DNA from: Eledone cirrhosa
Taxonomy: Eukaryota
Reading direction: 5' to 3'
Length of the DNA: 64,000 nt
Assembly: GCA_964016885.1 (NCBI GenBank)
Contig: OZ024759.1
Span: forward strand, 15,810,001-15,874,000
This document shows positions 27,076 to 42,409 of the stretch, piece by piece (position 1 is the stretch's first letter; each line of letters opens with the position of its first letter). The notes under the pieces were generated by a model. That model saw only the letters and a program-made list of their open reading frames with translations, did no database searches and was not told where the DNA came from. The position numbers and the translations under genes are program-made.

Positions 27076-27623
27076 GAGGGTGTTAAAGTTTGCTTGAAGC
27101 ATTGTGAAATATGTAAAATATGTAGTTTAGAAAGCCACAACAATGCAGATGGGAAATCTCTAGGTAGGAAGTGAGTGAGAAATAGGAGAAAAGTGAAAAT
27201 TGTGAGAAACGAAAAAACGAAAACAAAACAAAGGTAGAAGGGTTACCGTAGTGGAGATTTAATCCCAATATTTCGGGCTCACGCCCATCAACGGGGGGAA
27301 ACTTCCAAAAGGGGGGGAACAGGCTAAGCCGGAGAAAGTTGTATTGTCGTTAAAACATAGGAATGCCGTTATAACGGCATTGTTTTAACGACAATACAAC
27401 TTTCTCCGGCTTAGCCTGTTCCCCCCTTTTTGGAAGTTTCCCCCCGTTGATGGGCGTGAGCCCGAAATATTGGGATTAAATCTCCACTACGGTAACCCTT
27501 CTACCTTTGTTTTGTTTTCGTTTTTTCGTTTCTCACAATTTTCACTTTTCTCCTATTTCTCACTCACTTCCTACCTCGAGATTTCCCATCTGCATTGTTG
27601 TGGCTTTCTAAACTACATATTTT
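27076..27623. mobile_element. TA-flanked, nearly spacerless palindrome of about 510 bp with a short left tail
   Basis: Arms 27115-27371/27372-27623, centre gtta|taac, one 5-nt indel and a few mismatches. Confidence 0.9.
27440..27475 (+). ncRNA. Variant minimal hammerhead-like motif (mirror copy on the minus strand in the left arm)
   Basis: cccc-CCGTTGA-t-GGGC-GTGA-GCCC-GAAA-TA-T-T-ggga. Helix II is GNRA-capped, helix III is the palindrome AATATT, and the core deviates at U4 and A6. Confidence 0.5.
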
Positions 27624-27643
27624 TAATATATATATATAGATAC

Positions 27644-27674
<31 letters not shown>

Positions 27675-28669
27675 CATATATATACATATATATATATATA
27701 TACATATATATACATATATATATATATACATATATATACATATACATATATATACATATACATATATATACATATACATATATATACATATATATATATA
27801 TACATATATATATATACATATACATATATATACATATATATACATATATATATACATATACATATATACATATACATATATATACATATACATATATATA
27901 TATACATACATATACATATATATATATACATACATATACATATATATATATACATATATATACATATATACATATACATATATACATATACATATATATA
28001 TATACATATACATAAACATATATATATACATATATATATACATAAATATATATACATATATATATACATACATATATATACATATATATACACATACATA
28101 TATATACATATATATACATATATATATATACATATATACACATACATATATATACATATATATACATATATATATATACATATATACATATACATATACA
28201 TATATATATATACATATATATACATATATATATATACATATATATATATACATATATATATATACATATATATACATACATATATATATATACATATATA
28301 TATATACATATATATACATATATATATATACATATATATATATACATATATATACATATATATATATACATATATATATATACATATATACATATATATA
28401 CATATATATATATACATATATATACATATATATATATACATATATATACATATATATATATACATATATATATACATATATATATACATATATATATATA
28501 CATATATATATATACATATATATATACATATATATATACATACATATATATATATATACATATATATATATACATATATACATATATATATATACATATA
28601 TATATATACATATATATATATATACATATATATATATACATATATATATATATACATATATATATATAC

Positions 28670-28764
<95 letters not shown>

Positions 28765-28994
28765 CATATATATACACATATATATATATATATATATACA
28801 CATATATATATATATATATACATATATATATACATATATACAGATATATATATACATATATATCTATATACATATATATATATATACATATATATATATA
28901 CATATATATATATACATATATATCTATATACATATATATATATATATACATATAAACATTATATACATACATATATATATATACATATATAAAC

Positions 28995-29025
<31 letters not shown>

Positions 29026-29506
29026 AACATATATATATATACATATATATATACATATATATATATACATATATATACATATATATACATATATACAAAT
29101 ACACATACCTATATACATACATATACATATATAATTATACATATATATCTTCAGATTTTCACAACGTCTGCTCGCAGCGTAGGTAGGGTAGCAGTAAAGG
29201 CAGCAGGCGGTGACGGCAATGAAAGGGTGGAGGTGGAGAGGGGAAGAACTCATTATTCAAGAACACAAAGAACGCTACGACTGAGATTGCAGAAGATTGA
29301 CATTAAATATACATTACTATGTGGTTGTAATATTAGACATACAGCGCGTAACCTAATGAAAACCTCTATTACGTAGGAACCCATATCTTAATAACACTTA
29401 ATGAAACCAATGCGAATAAGATATATTTTAATATATATGCATATATAACTATATATGCGCATATCTATATATGCATATATGTATATATATATATATATAT
29501 ATACAC

Positions 29507-29576
<70 letters not shown>

Positions 29577-29591
29577 ATATATATATATGTG

Positions 29592-29700
<109 letters not shown>

Positions 29701-29737
29701 GTGTGTATATATATATATATGTGTGTATATATATATA

Positions 29738-29768
<31 letters not shown>

Positions 29769-29775
29769 GTGTATG

Positions 29776-29891
<116 letters not shown>

Positions 29892-29969
29892 TATGTATAT
29901 ATATATATATATATGTGTATGTATATATATATATATATATATGTATGTATATATATATATATGTGTATG

Positions 29970-30608
29970 TGTCTCAGACGGATCCATGGCGTTCACTGGA
30001 GGGACCACATCAGTGATGTCGAGATTTTGGAAAGCTCTATGTGTGACAGTATAGAAGCTCTTGTGCTTAAGCAACGACTCCGTTGGAGTGGTCACCTTGC
30101 CAGGATGAAGGATTCTAGAATACCAAAACAACTCTTCTATGGAGAGTTGGTTAAAGGAAAACGACCGCCACATAACCCAAAAAAGAGGTATAAGGATTCC
30201 TTGAAAGCCTCTCTGAAAGACGCTAACATCTCTGCTGATACATGGGAAAATATTGCTGCTGATCGTAATAAATGGAGAAAGACTGTATATGAGGGAAAAG
30301 TTGCCTATGAGGCATCTCGAATCGCACACGAGAAAGTAAAGCGGAACGTGAGGAAGGGCATTGCTGTTGCACTTCCAGACGGCGAGGGTCCTCCTATGGT
30401 GCTGACATGCAGCGTCTGTGCGAGACTCTGCCTAAGCAAAGCTGGACTCGAAAGTCAACTTCGCAGCCATAGAGTAAGGCCAGTGGTTGACTACCAGGCT
30501 GCTGTTGGAGATGCTACTCATCATGCTTGCCAAGCATGTGGTAGAGAATGTAAATCAGCAGGAGGGCTCAAGATGGCCATACTCGATAACGAGGGGGCAG
30601 CCATCATA
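29970..30608 (+). mobile_element. 5'-truncated RTE (BovB-like) LINE 3' end
   Basis: [13 protein letters not shown]...[27 protein letters not shown]...PKKRYKD plus CxxC zinc-finger-like motifs; 3' end atggccatactcgataacgagggggcagccatcat. Confidence 0.9.
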
Positions 30609-30693
30609 TGTGTATATATATATATATATGTGTATGTATATATCTATATGGGTGTGTATGTATATATATATATATGTGTGTATGTATATATAT

Positions 30694-30768
<75 letters not shown>

Positions 30769-30940
30769 CATATATATATACATATATATATATATATGTG
30801 TGTGTGTATGTATATATATATATGTGAGTATGTATATATATATATATACACACATACATATGTATGTGTGCATATATATATATATATGTAGTCATATATA
30901 TATGTGTGTATATATATATACACACATACATATGTATGTA

Positions 30941-30983
<43 letters not shown>

Positions 30984-31028
30984 ATATATATGTGCGTATA
31001 TATATATATATGTGTGTGTATATATATA

Positions 31029-31102
<74 letters not shown>

Positions 31103-31281
31103 TGTATATATATAGATGTATATATATACATGTATATATATATATATGTGTATATATATATATGTAGACATATATATATATATACATATGTATGTACACA
31201 TATGTATACATATATATATATGTGTACATATATATATATGTGTACATATATATATATATATACACATATATATATGTGTAC

Positions 31282-31313
<32 letters not shown>

Positions 31314-31321
31314 ATATATAC

Positions 31322-31373
<52 letters not shown>

Positions 31374-31433
31374 ATATATACATATATATATATATGTACA
31401 TATATATATATATACATATATATATATATGTAC

Positions 31434-31528
<95 letters not shown>

Positions 31529-31545
31529 AGTATATATAAGTATAT

Positions 31546-32367
31546 ATACGATGCCTGCATACGAACAGCAATGCTGCATGGCAGTGAGACCTGGGCATTG
31601 TGTGCAGAGGATATACGCAGACTAGAGAGGAACGAAGCCTGCATGCTCCGCTGGATGTGTAACAGTAATATACGTGAACGGCAAAGCATAAACGAACTAA
31701 GGAAAAAATTAGAAATAAGAGGGATCAGATGTTGTTTACTCGAGAGAAGGCTACGTTGGTATGGACACGTGATGCGCATGAAAGTCGATAGCTGTATAAC
31801 AAAGTGCAGGGCAATAAAGATAGACGGTAGCCACGGAATAGGCAGACCCAGAAAAACCTGGGACGAGCTGATAAACTCCGACCTCACACACTTACACCTC
31901 TCCAAGACAATGTCACTGGACCGAGACCTTTGGCGGTACTCAGTAACAGAGAAGACCCGCCTTACCTAAATACATAGTAAAACCTACTACAGCCAGTAGG
32001 CATCTCTAACAAAATACCCCCCCCCCCGTCCCACCACCACCACCCCCACCAAATCCACACCACCCCGTTCTATGTAAAGTTATGTTGGTGCCACACCATC
32101 CAGGCCGAAACAAATGAGATCGTGTAGGTGTCACGACAAAAAAACACACAGTCCACGCTGTAATGTGGCCGTGTAGGCAACACGGTAAAAACCTCCCAGA
32201 CCCACACTGTAAATGTGGTTGGTGTTAGGAAGGGCATCCAACTGTAGAAAACCTGCCAGACAGTCCTATGCGAGCAAGACAATCACTCTTGCCTCAAGTG
32301 GGACTACCCCCGTCCAAACCCATGCAAGCGTGGAACACGGACGTTAAACGTTGATGATGATGATGAT
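31546..32367 (+). mobile_element. 5'-truncated RTE-clade LINE 3' end with 3' UTR and (GAT)n tail
   Basis: MLHGSETW...MLRWM...[12 protein letters not shown]...GRPRKTW (stop at 31969); ends ggacgttaaacgttgatgatgatg. Confidence 0.9.
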
Positions 32368-32369
32368 AC

Positions 32370-32420
<51 letters not shown>

Positions 32421-32624
32421 CATATATATATGTTTATATATGTACATATATATATATATACATGTATATATATATATATATATATGTACATGTATATATA
32501 TATATACATATATATATGTTTATATATGTACATATATATATATGTACATGTATATATATATATATATGTACATGTATATATATATATACATATATATGTT
32601 TATATATGTACATATATATATATG

Positions 32625-32657
<33 letters not shown>

Positions 32658-32832
32658 ACATGTATATATATATATATACATATATATGTTTATATATGTA
32701 CATATATATATATATCTACATGTATATATATATATATATGTACATGTATATATATATATATACATATATATGTACATGTATATATATATATACATATATA
32801 TGTACATGTATATATATATATACATATATATG

Positions 32833-32872
<40 letters not shown>

Positions 32873-32886
32873 TATGTACATGTATA

Positions 32887-32943
<57 letters not shown>

Positions 32944-33155
32944 GTACATGTATATATATGTACATATATATGTACATATATATATATATGTACATATATA
33001 TGTACATGTATATATGTACATTTATATATGTACATATATATATATATATGTATGTACATATATACATATATATATGTACATATATATATGTATATATATA
33101 TATGTACATATATATATATATATGTACATATATATATATGTATGTACATATATAT

Positions 33156-33365
33156 AGGGCCCTTAAATCTTCAACAAGCTGCCGAGGAATCTGAGAGATT
33201 TGCATGACGTGGAGTTGGATGTCTTCAAGAAACATCTCGACACCTTGTTATCCAGGATCCCGGATGAGCCCACAGCAAGGCACGAGGGAAACCTAAGGGC
33301 AGCAGCAACAAACTCCCTCTTACACCAGTGGCCAACCTATACAGGCTGGAGATAAAATGTGTAGC
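33156..33365 (+). mobile_element. CR1-type LINE extreme 3' fragment
   Basis: [11 protein letters not shown]...[17 protein letters not shown]...ATNSLL, similar to the C-terminus at 47570-47710. Confidence 0.75.
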
Positions 33366-33570
33366 AATGTGTGTATGTATATACATATATATATATATAT
33401 ATATGTGTGTATATATATATATGTATGTGTGTATATATATATGTATGTGTGTATATATATATGTATATATGTGTATATATATATATGTATGTATGTGAAT
33501 ATATATATATATGTATGTATGTATGTGTATATATATGTATGTATGTGTATGTATGTGTATATATATATAT

Positions 33571-34163
33571 GTCAGGTCACCAGTTGGTGCTACTGGTAAC
33601 ATGTATCCCAGTACAACCCGTCTCATGGTCGGGTCGTTGGCGACTAAACTGGCAACCCCACCAAGGTTTCTTGGTGAGGAGGGTGACTTCTAAAAACAAA
33701 ACCTGTCAAAGGGCAAAGGAGCTCTTAAGAGTCAATGGTCATCCAAAATCACTGGGAGAGATGACCCCTTAGCCTTTATCAAGGCAGAATTCTAGGAGAA
33801 GGAAAACTCTGATATATCACCTGCATCCCTGATGGTATCCAATGATGTTGACTTCTTGTTCTTTTTGGTAAATATCATCTTGGTTAAGACAGTGGGACTG
33901 GCTTTGTGCAGTGCCTTTGCTCACTATAAAAGCTTCATGGCACAGGCATTGCTTTATATCTGGAGATCTCTCTGCACTTGTCGTCACATGGTACCATGGG
34001 CCTAGCACTATGTGTCAATAATTGTCACAGGTGTAGTGTTTGTACCAGAGTTTTCAAGTCGCTGGCTGGACTAAAAAGTCACACTTGTTTAGCGCATCAG
34101 TAGGAGTTCTCCTACATGGATATAAAGTAGTGGCCGTACTCGAAAACGAGTTGGCAGCCACCA
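33571..34163 (+). mobile_element. Non-autonomous RTE-related element (family D)
   Basis: Inverted homologue of 5570-6150; RTE-like 3' end followed by (TATG)n. Confidence 0.8.
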
Positions 34164-34173
34164 TATATGTATG

Positions 34174-34234
<61 letters not shown>

Positions 34235-34297
34235 ATGTGTATATATATATGTATGTATATATATATGTATGTATATATGTATGTATATATATATATG

Positions 34298-34329
<32 letters not shown>

Positions 34330-34729
34330 TATATGTATGTATATATATATATGTATGTATATATATATATGTATGTATATATATGTATCTATATATATAT
34401 ATGTATGTATATATATATATATGTATCTATATATATATATATGTATGTATATATATATATATATATGTATGTATATATATATATATATGTATCTATATAT
34501 ATATATATGTATGTATATATATATATATGTATCTATATATATATATGTATCTATATATATATATATGTATGTATATATATATATATGTATGTATATATAT
34601 ATATGTATGTATATATATATATGTATGTATATATATATATGTATGTATATATATATATATGTATGTATATATATATGTATGTATATATATATATATGTAT
34701 GTATATATATATATATGTATGTATGTATG

Positions 34730-34784
<55 letters not shown>

Positions 34785-35131
34785 ATATATATATTTATAT
34801 ATATGTATATATGTATGAATATATATATATGTATATATATATGTATGTATATACATATATATATATGTATATATGTATGTATATACATATATATATATGT
34901 ATATATATATGTATGTATATACATATATATATATGTATATATATATGTATGTATATACATATATATATATATGTATGTATATACATATATATATATGTAT
35001 GTATATATATATATGTATGTATATATATATATGTATGTATATATATATGTGTATATATAAATATATATATATATGTATATATATATGTGTATATATAAAT
35101 ATATATATATATGTATATATATATATGTATG

Positions 35132-35213
<82 letters not shown>

Positions 35214-35329
35214 CACATATATATATATGCATATATATTCTGTATAAGTACACATATATATATCCATATATATTCTGTATAAGTTCATGTATATTATAAA
35301 TAAATAAATACATGCGCGTATATATATAT

Positions 35330-35388
<59 letters not shown>

Positions 35389-35835
35389 TAGGGTGTAGGT
35401 TGTGCGTGCGTGCATAAATAAACAGCCAATTATTCACTACTGCGTAACCTCTCTCTCACACACTCACACAATCTTTATATCACTTACACACACATTTACA
35501 CACTCACTCACACACTATATATATCTCACACACACACACATCTAGAAATGTTTAATTAATGTCACTATTCAATCTCTTTGTTGATGAAACACTTTCTCAA
35601 AGATCAAAATATTTGCCAAGAAATATTCATGTGTGGGTGTATGTGTTAATGGGGTGTGTATGTGTGTGTGAATGGTTGGGTGTGTGTGTGTATGTGTATG
35701 TGGGTATATATGTATGCTAACCCACATATATTAATATATATTTGCATAATTATATATATATGTATGTGAGTTTGTTTTTGTTTGTGTGTGTGTGTGTGTG
35801 TGTGTGTTGAATTATTATAAGCAGAAATACACATC

Positions 35836-35872
<37 letters not shown>

Positions 35873-36399
35873 TCATTATATGCAGTTATACACGTGTGTG
35901 TGTATATATATATAAACATTTTGTATCATTGTATGCAGATATAAGCATTTGTATATGTTTATACATATATATATATAATGTATAAATGAAGTATTTCTGT
36001 CGATGTATACATACACACACAAACATATATACACACACACACACACATACCTATACACAATGCTAATCTTAAGCAATTCCAACAGCTTCGTGTATTTTAT
36101 CAATAAAGAACGGCATATTTTAAAAGAAAACGCACCTTCGTATCATACACCTTCGTATCATACGATATATCAGAATCTATCAAACGTCATATGGAATATT
36201 ATGTCATATTATATTTCTATAAATGTTCCGCCATCTTGGCTGAGATATGGTTTACCCAAAACAAAAGTAATAGAAATATAAAAATTATCAAAGTATATAT
36301 AACACAAATACGAAATATTTAAATTCATGCCATTAAAAATTACTAATTGAAAATCTCTGTTAATGGAAATTTTAACTTGTTCAACGACGTTATGTTTAT

Positions 36400-37345
36400 C
36401 GTCTGTCTTTCTTCATTTCTTTCTCCTCGTTTTTCTCTACTTTCATTCCTCTCTCTCTCTCTCGTCTTTCTGAACCTTCATTCCTCTCTCTCTCTCTCCC
36501 CGTTTCTCTCAACTTTCTCCGTCTCTCCCCCCCCCCCCCCATCCCTCTCGACTTTCGTTCCTCTCCTCTCTTAACCTCCATTTCTCTCCGCCTTTCTCTC
36601 CCTCTATCTCACTCCCCGTCTCTCCCAACATTCATTCCTCTCTCTCCCCATCTCTCTCTCTCAACCTCAATGTCTCTGTCCCTCTCCCCGTCTCTCAACT
36701 GTCGCCATCTCTCTCTTTCCACATCCCACTCAACCTTCACTCCTTTCCCACTCTCTTAACCTCCATTTTCACTCCGTCTCTCTCCCCCCATCCCTCTCAA
36801 CCTTCTTTCCTCTCTATCTCTCTTAACCTCCATTTTTCTCCCTTTCTCTCTCTCAACCTTCATTTCCTTCTTTTACAATCTCTCTCCCTCTCTCTCAACC
36901 TTCCTATCCATCTCTCCCTCCCTTTCAACTTTAATCTCCCTCTGACTCTCCCCATTAACCTTCCTCTCCCTTTCACCGACTCACTCCGTCCCACTCTCTC
37001 TCCTCCTCTCTCTCCTCCTCTCTCTCCTCCTCTCTCTCTAACACACTTTTTGTCTCCCCCTCTCACCATCGCTTAACAATTATTCTTATCATCAGAGACA
37101 TTATCATTATCAACATCATCAGTGCAGCAGCAGCAACAACAACAACAACATTGCCAAAGTCAATATCATCATCATCATCATCATAATCAACAACATATCC
37201 CATCATCAACCACTATTGACATCCACCTGATCACCACCACCACTGCCACCATCCTCACTCATCATCTTCTCAATTACCATTCTCACCACTGCCATCACCA
37301 TCACCATCATAAAAAGCAATCACCATCACCATCATTATCATTATG
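36400..37345. repeat. CT-rich then (CAT/CAC)n low-complexity sequence
   Basis: Direct inspection. Confidence 0.85.
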
Positions 37346-37504
37346 AAGAATATCACTACCAGCTTCAATATGGCGACCAAAACAATCCGACATTCATCTC
37401 TTCTGGAAATTCTTACAATGTTTATTTCTGCAACGATATTCTAGTTTCTTACTATCAATACGTTTCAGTTTCACGTTTACTGTTGAAATATTCTTCCTTT
37501 CCTT

Positions 37505-37540
37505 CATTCTGATGAAGGACTATCGTTCGAAACGTTAAGG
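37505..37540 (+). ncRNA. Minimal type I hammerhead motif (Penelope-like remnant)
   Basis: CTGATGA-a-ggac-tatc-gttc-GAAA-CG-T-T-aagg. Helix III is the palindrome AACGTT; helix I is weak. Confidence 0.6.
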
Positions 37541-37867
37541 CACTTTCCTACTATATCAAGAGTTAAACTAATATATATCTTCATTGTACTGCATTGTTTG
37601 CCGTTTACTTAAATACGTCTGTATGCAAGTATATATGTATGTGTATGTATGTAAGTAGATATGTAAGTATGTAAGTAAGTAGATATGTAAGTATGTAAGT
37701 AAGTAGATATGTAAGTATGTAAGTAAGTAGATATGTAACTATGTAACTAAGTAGATATGTAAGTATGTAAGTAAGTATATATGCAATTATGTATGGATTC
37801 AAGTACATTATGTAAGTATATATGCAAGTACATATGTATTCAAGTACGTGTGTGTATGTATGTATGT

Positions 37868-38045
37868 TTCTTCTTTTCGGGTGATAGCTACTGTCGCTCA
37901 GAGAGTGGGATTGGCTGTGCACAGTCTTTCCTCGCGTTAAAAAAAATCTTCACGCGCAGGCATTGCACGATAGCATTAATTGATAATTATTAATAATGTT
38001 ATCTAGTGCAATGGCCATACTTGATAACGAGGGGGCAGCCATCAT
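37868..38045 (+). mobile_element. 3' part of an RTE-tailed non-autonomous element
   Basis: Homologous to 61308-61490 (minus strand); ends atggccatacttgataacgagggggcagccatcat. Confidence 0.75.
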
Positions 38046-38141
38046 GTATGTATGCATTACGATGTCTCGAGACGTTTGAATCATATGCATTTTGACAATG
38101 TTGATATCCAAACACAGAATCGCTACAATAATAATATTAAT

Positions 38142-38440
38142 AACTGTTTCTACTTTTGGCACAAGGCCAGCAATCACTCAGTACATTACTGGTACTTTAT
38201 TTTATCTACCCCGTAAGGATGAAAGGCAAAGTCAACCTCGGCGGGATTTGAACTCAGATCATAAAGGGACGTAACTATGCTGAAAAGCATGGCGTCCGAC
38301 CCTCTACCGCTACAATAATAATATTAATAACTGTTTCTACTTTTGGCACAAGGCCAGCAATAACCCAGTACATTACTGGTACTTTTTTTATCGACCCTAT
38401 AAGGATGAAAGGCAAAGTTAACCTCGGCGGGATTTGAACG
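38142..38440 (-). mobile_element. Two tandem partial SINE C copies
   Basis: Repeated ggatgaaaggcaaagt..acctcggcgggatttgaac. Confidence 0.8.
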
Positions 38441-38697
38441 TAATAACGTTAGAAAATCGGGTAAAATATCCTTAGGGACAGATAATAAGTGGCTACTGGT
38501 CCCTATTTTTCTGTCCCTAATGATTAAAGGGATGTAGAAGCTGAATCGACTCTAGCACTGGTCTCTCAGTTTTTCTATCGACCTCGAAAGGTTGAAGGGC
38601 TGGATTTCAACTCAGAGTATAGGGAACTGGAACGAATGCTGCAAAGAATTCTATCAGCACATATCTCGATATAGTACTAGCCTATTTGTGTCAGTGT

Positions 38698-39010
38698 GGA
38701 GGGGAGTGGCATCGTGGTTAGCGAATCGTAAGTTTATGAGTTCGATTCCCGGCAGCGCGTTGTGTCCTTGAACAATACACTTTATTTCATGTTGCTCCAG
38801 TCCACACGGCTGGTAAAAATAAGTTGTACCTGTAATTCGAAAGGCCAGCCTTGTTATATTCTGTGTCATGCAGAATCTCCCCTAAGAACTACATTAGTGG
38901 TATGCGTGTTTTTGGAATGTTCAGCCACTTGCACCTTAATTTAACGAGCAAGCTGTTCCATTGATCGTATCAATTGGAACACTCATCGTCGTAACTGACG
39001 GAGTACCACT
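38698..39010 (+). mobile_element. SINE family B variant with a different tail
   Basis: tRNA-like head with gagttcgattccc, then tgtgtccttgaacaatacactttatttc. Confidence 0.7.
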
Positions 39011-39040
39011 ATATTTGTCTCAGTGTATTATCAGTAAATT

Positions 39041-39321
39041 GGAGGCACGTGGCCTAGTGGTAAAGGTGTTGGACTTATGATCATAATGTCGTGGGTTCGA
39101 TTCCAGGGTTGGGTGTTGTGTTCTTGAGCCAAACACTTCATTTCACGTTGCTCCAGTACACTCAGCTGAAAATGAGTACCAGCGATAGCTGGAGGTTTAA
39201 CCCTGTAATGGACTGGCGTCCTGTCCAGGCGAGGGGCCGGTCTTGTACTCTCAGTCGCTTCACGCCATGAAACCGGGATAAGCACCGGCCAAATGAGCCT
39301 TCTGGCTTAAGACAGACTTTT
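39041..39321 (+). mobile_element. Full-length tRNA-derived SINE, family B
   Basis: A/B boxes, CORE-like tgtgttcttgagc, V-like accctgtaatggactggcgtcctgtccagg, tail gaaaccgggataagc...agacagactt. Confidence 0.88.
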
Positions 39322-39529
39322 GATTTAGATCATCAGTAAAAAAAAAAAAAAAAAAGGACTACCATATGTATTAATAAAGGGGATAGCTTAGTAGAATATA
39401 ATTTATATCAATTGGCGCTGTTCAGTATTACTCGAGAGTTTCCCCACTAAATCCTGTCGTTTCATCAGGCAGATTCAACTGGATGAGAAGAAACATCCTG
39501 TAACGATGAATTAAGGATAATACTGATTG

Positions 39530-39770
39530 AACGTCGTACAAGATTTACTGGTCACTGCTTCCACGCCAAAGATGAGATGTCATTAGTCCTCTTGTTGTGA
39601 AAGATGTCCTCTACCAGAAGATGTTGTGGAAGACGTCCTCTACCAGAAACCTTACATACCAGGATACCATAGCAACAGACACTGGAATTAACAGGGAAGA
39701 CCTACAAACCTTGATGAGAGACAGAGATTGTTGGCGTGAAGCTGTGCTTGTTGCCTCGCAATTGATAAGA
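39530..39770 (+). mobile_element. Degenerate RTE-like LINE 3' fragment
   Basis: RRTRFTGHCFHAKDE...TYQDTIATDTG...LMRDRDCWREAV. Confidence 0.55.
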
Positions 39771-40129
39771 TTGATAATATATATATAAGAGCATACGATG
39801 AAAGCCAAGTGAAGACAAGAGTGTGCCTTGTTGGCCAGCGGCTTGTATGAATTATAATATATTTTTGTAACTCCATCTGTAACACTTAAATTTACAAACA
39901 AAAACACACATATACATACAAAGCATTTCCTTTCTCATTCACTCTGCTAAAATAAAAATTTCGCTTTCCAGACACATGAAGCTGGGTTCTAATCCTACAT
40001 ATGTCCCTGTAAATAGTTATTTCTCCATAGTTACTTATACGTTTAATCATGAATGTCATTTGTACATATATGCTAAACATTTATATAATTTTAGTCTAGA
40101 AACTATACTAAAAATATTTTTATCTTTAA

Positions 40130-40532
40130 TAATTGTTTCTACTTTTGGCACAAGGTAACAATTATCCCAGTGCATTACTGGTACTTTATTTTATCGACCC
40201 CGTAAGGATGAATGGCAAATTTAACCTCAGCGGGATTTGAACTCAGATCGTAAAGGGGCGTAACTCTACGTTACAAAGTATGGCGTCCGACTCTCTACCG
40301 ATACTGACAATCCACCGCCCTTTTTACATTCTATAATAATAATTGTTTCTACTTTTGGCACAAGGCTAGCAATTATCTCAGTGCATTACTGGTACTTTAT
40401 TGTATCGACCCCGTAAGGATGAATGGCAAATTTAACCTCAGCGGGATTTGAGCTCAGATCGTAAAGGGGCGTAACTCTACGTTACAAAGCATGGTGTCCG
40501 ACTCTCTACCGATACTGACAATCCACTGCCCT
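40130..40532 (-). mobile_element. Tandem dimer of SINE C
   Basis: Two copies of about 190 bp (40130-40321 and 40340-40532). Confidence 0.85.
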
Positions 40533-40619
40533 TCTCTCTAATAATTTCCACACGAACGTGTGTATGAGATAAAATATAGGCTTTCTCTATATAAACTATA
40601 CATATTTCAAAACACAAGT

Positions 40620-41540
40620 TTCCCAGTTTGTACTATTGTTCACACCATTAATAGACACCAAATATTGATAGCACTGGTCCACTAGTTTCAGCGGAATAGG
40701 TACAGACCATTAACTGTGACTCAGCAAAAACATACTATCATTTGGTTGCAATTACCACTAACAACTCGAGCGACCACATAGAGTTTTCGCATATAACTTT
40801 CGAAAAGTTTTGGTACTTCTTCATTTCCAGATGTATGCCTTCCAGTTATTTGTATTGTGTAGTATTTGGGTTATTTGGTTCCGTTGAGAATTCTCCCGAG
40901 AAATATCTTCAGTCTTCTCATTCGTCCCGAATCCTCCACCCTCCATACCTCTTCTCATCTGTTGAAAAATCTCCAAGATCTCTTTTGCTGTTGGCACTGC
41001 ATTGATTTCTATCATGGGTTGTTGTTTTTAATGATATTTCTTGATAAAAATTATAAAATCATTTTTGGAATTTCTGAAAGATTGTTTGTTTTATTCAATG
41101 AAATCGTTGCGACTTTTCAAAATGACTGATTTTTTGTGATTTAACGAGAAACTCCTGCCTCGGGCTCTTTTTTAGATATTTCTATTATTTTTTACTTGAC
41201 ATATTCCTTTCTTTTCTTTTTTTTTCTTCTCTTTTTACGTCTTCCATGTTGATGTCATTAAGTATTGATAAATCTCTTCTTTAACATTTTAGCATCATAC
41301 ACTCGTTTTACATGCCAGAAAAATGGTTTGTCGTGTTCACATTCAGTTTCGTCGTTTACAAATTCTGATATCAAGTCGCACAAACTTTCAAGTCATCTTT
41401 GACTTTCAAATTGCGAGGTCCAGAAAATGAAATACCGGTTCTACAAACTTGATTGTTCTCACACCCAAAATGTTTTGGCCTGTACCTATGTGAAAAAATC
41501 CCGCCAACATCATGTATAAATACTTACATTGTTTATTAGA
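40620..41540 (-). pseudogene. Highly degenerate non-LTR retrotransposon RT N-terminal region (RLE/R4-Dong-like)
   Basis: Frameshifted ITQILHNTNNWKA/SGNEEVP resembles the NWK(A/S)PG.D...NF motif; many stop codons. Confidence 0.4.
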
Positions 41541-41582
41541 CGCAGTGATTGTGTTATTTCTGTTTACCTGTTGCACACACAT

Positions 41583-41626
<44 letters not shown>

Positions 41627-41706
41627 GAGTGTGTGAAAATAATTTTCGCAAAGCCCTATTATGTCTATTATGATTATATATATCATGAATATACATTGGC
41701 AAAGTG

Positions 41707-41775
<69 letters not shown>

Positions 41776-41918
41776 AGTATATGTTGGCTGTACACCAACC
41801 CCTCAGTATGCAGATTGGAGCACTCGACGAAGTGCGCAGGTTCGTTTGGTTACTCCGGAGTAATGTAAAATAAAATAAAATAAATAAGTCAAATGTTTGA
41901 AATTTGGCTTCGTTTATT

Positions 41919-41973
41919 ACTGCTATATATATTTCGGTGACAGCCATCTGTGGCTGTGACCTCTTCAGGCAGT
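41919..41973 (-). ncRNA. Canonical type I hammerhead ribozyme
   Basis: actgc-CTGAAGA-ggtcacagcca-caga-tggctgtcacc-GAAA-TATATA-T-A-gcagt. Confidence 0.9.
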
Positions 41974-42114
41974 CCGAATTAGCGTGGTAGAGACGAGTAC
42001 ACATGTTGTTGAGGTGTTTAACTTTGTCAATACTCTGATATGCCCAGTTCCTGGTTGGGTTGTTATTTCACTGAGGAACTGGAATCATATATATGATTCA
42101 TATATATGATTCGG

Positions 42115-42169
42115 ACTGCCTGAAGAGGGCACAGCCAAAGATGGCTGTCACCGAAATGTATATAGCAGT
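42115..42169 (+). ncRNA. Canonical type I hammerhead ribozyme
   Basis: actgc-CTGAAGA-gggcacagcca-aaga-tggctgtcacc-GAAA-TGTATA-T-A-gcagt. Confidence 0.88.
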
Positions 42170-42409
42170 AATAAACGAAGCCAAATTTTAAACATTTGAC
42201 TTATTTATTTTATTTTACATTACTCCGGAGTAACCAAACGAACCTGCGCACTTCGTCGAGTGCTCCAATCTGCATACTGAGGTGTTGGTATACAACCAAC
42301 ATATACTCAATATATATATATACATATATATATAAGCACTTTGCCAATGTATATTCATGATATATATAATCATAATAGGGCTTTGCGAAAATTCTTTTCA
42401 CACACTCCG

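Noticed and set aside
24559-27097. Repeated 69-99 aa ORF (MPGDLTENRL...)
   Set aside because: It starts at TTG, overlaps the ribozyme, and is broken by homopolymer indels between copies.
33571-33660. Possible HDV-like ribozyme at the 5' end of family D (a small hairpin then CTAA-actgg)
   Set aside because: I could not build consistent P1/P3 pairings across the three copies by eye; it needs a descriptor search.
39423-39473. Minus-strand CTGATGA...GAAACTCTCGAGTA
   Set aside because: Helices I and II do not pair convincingly.
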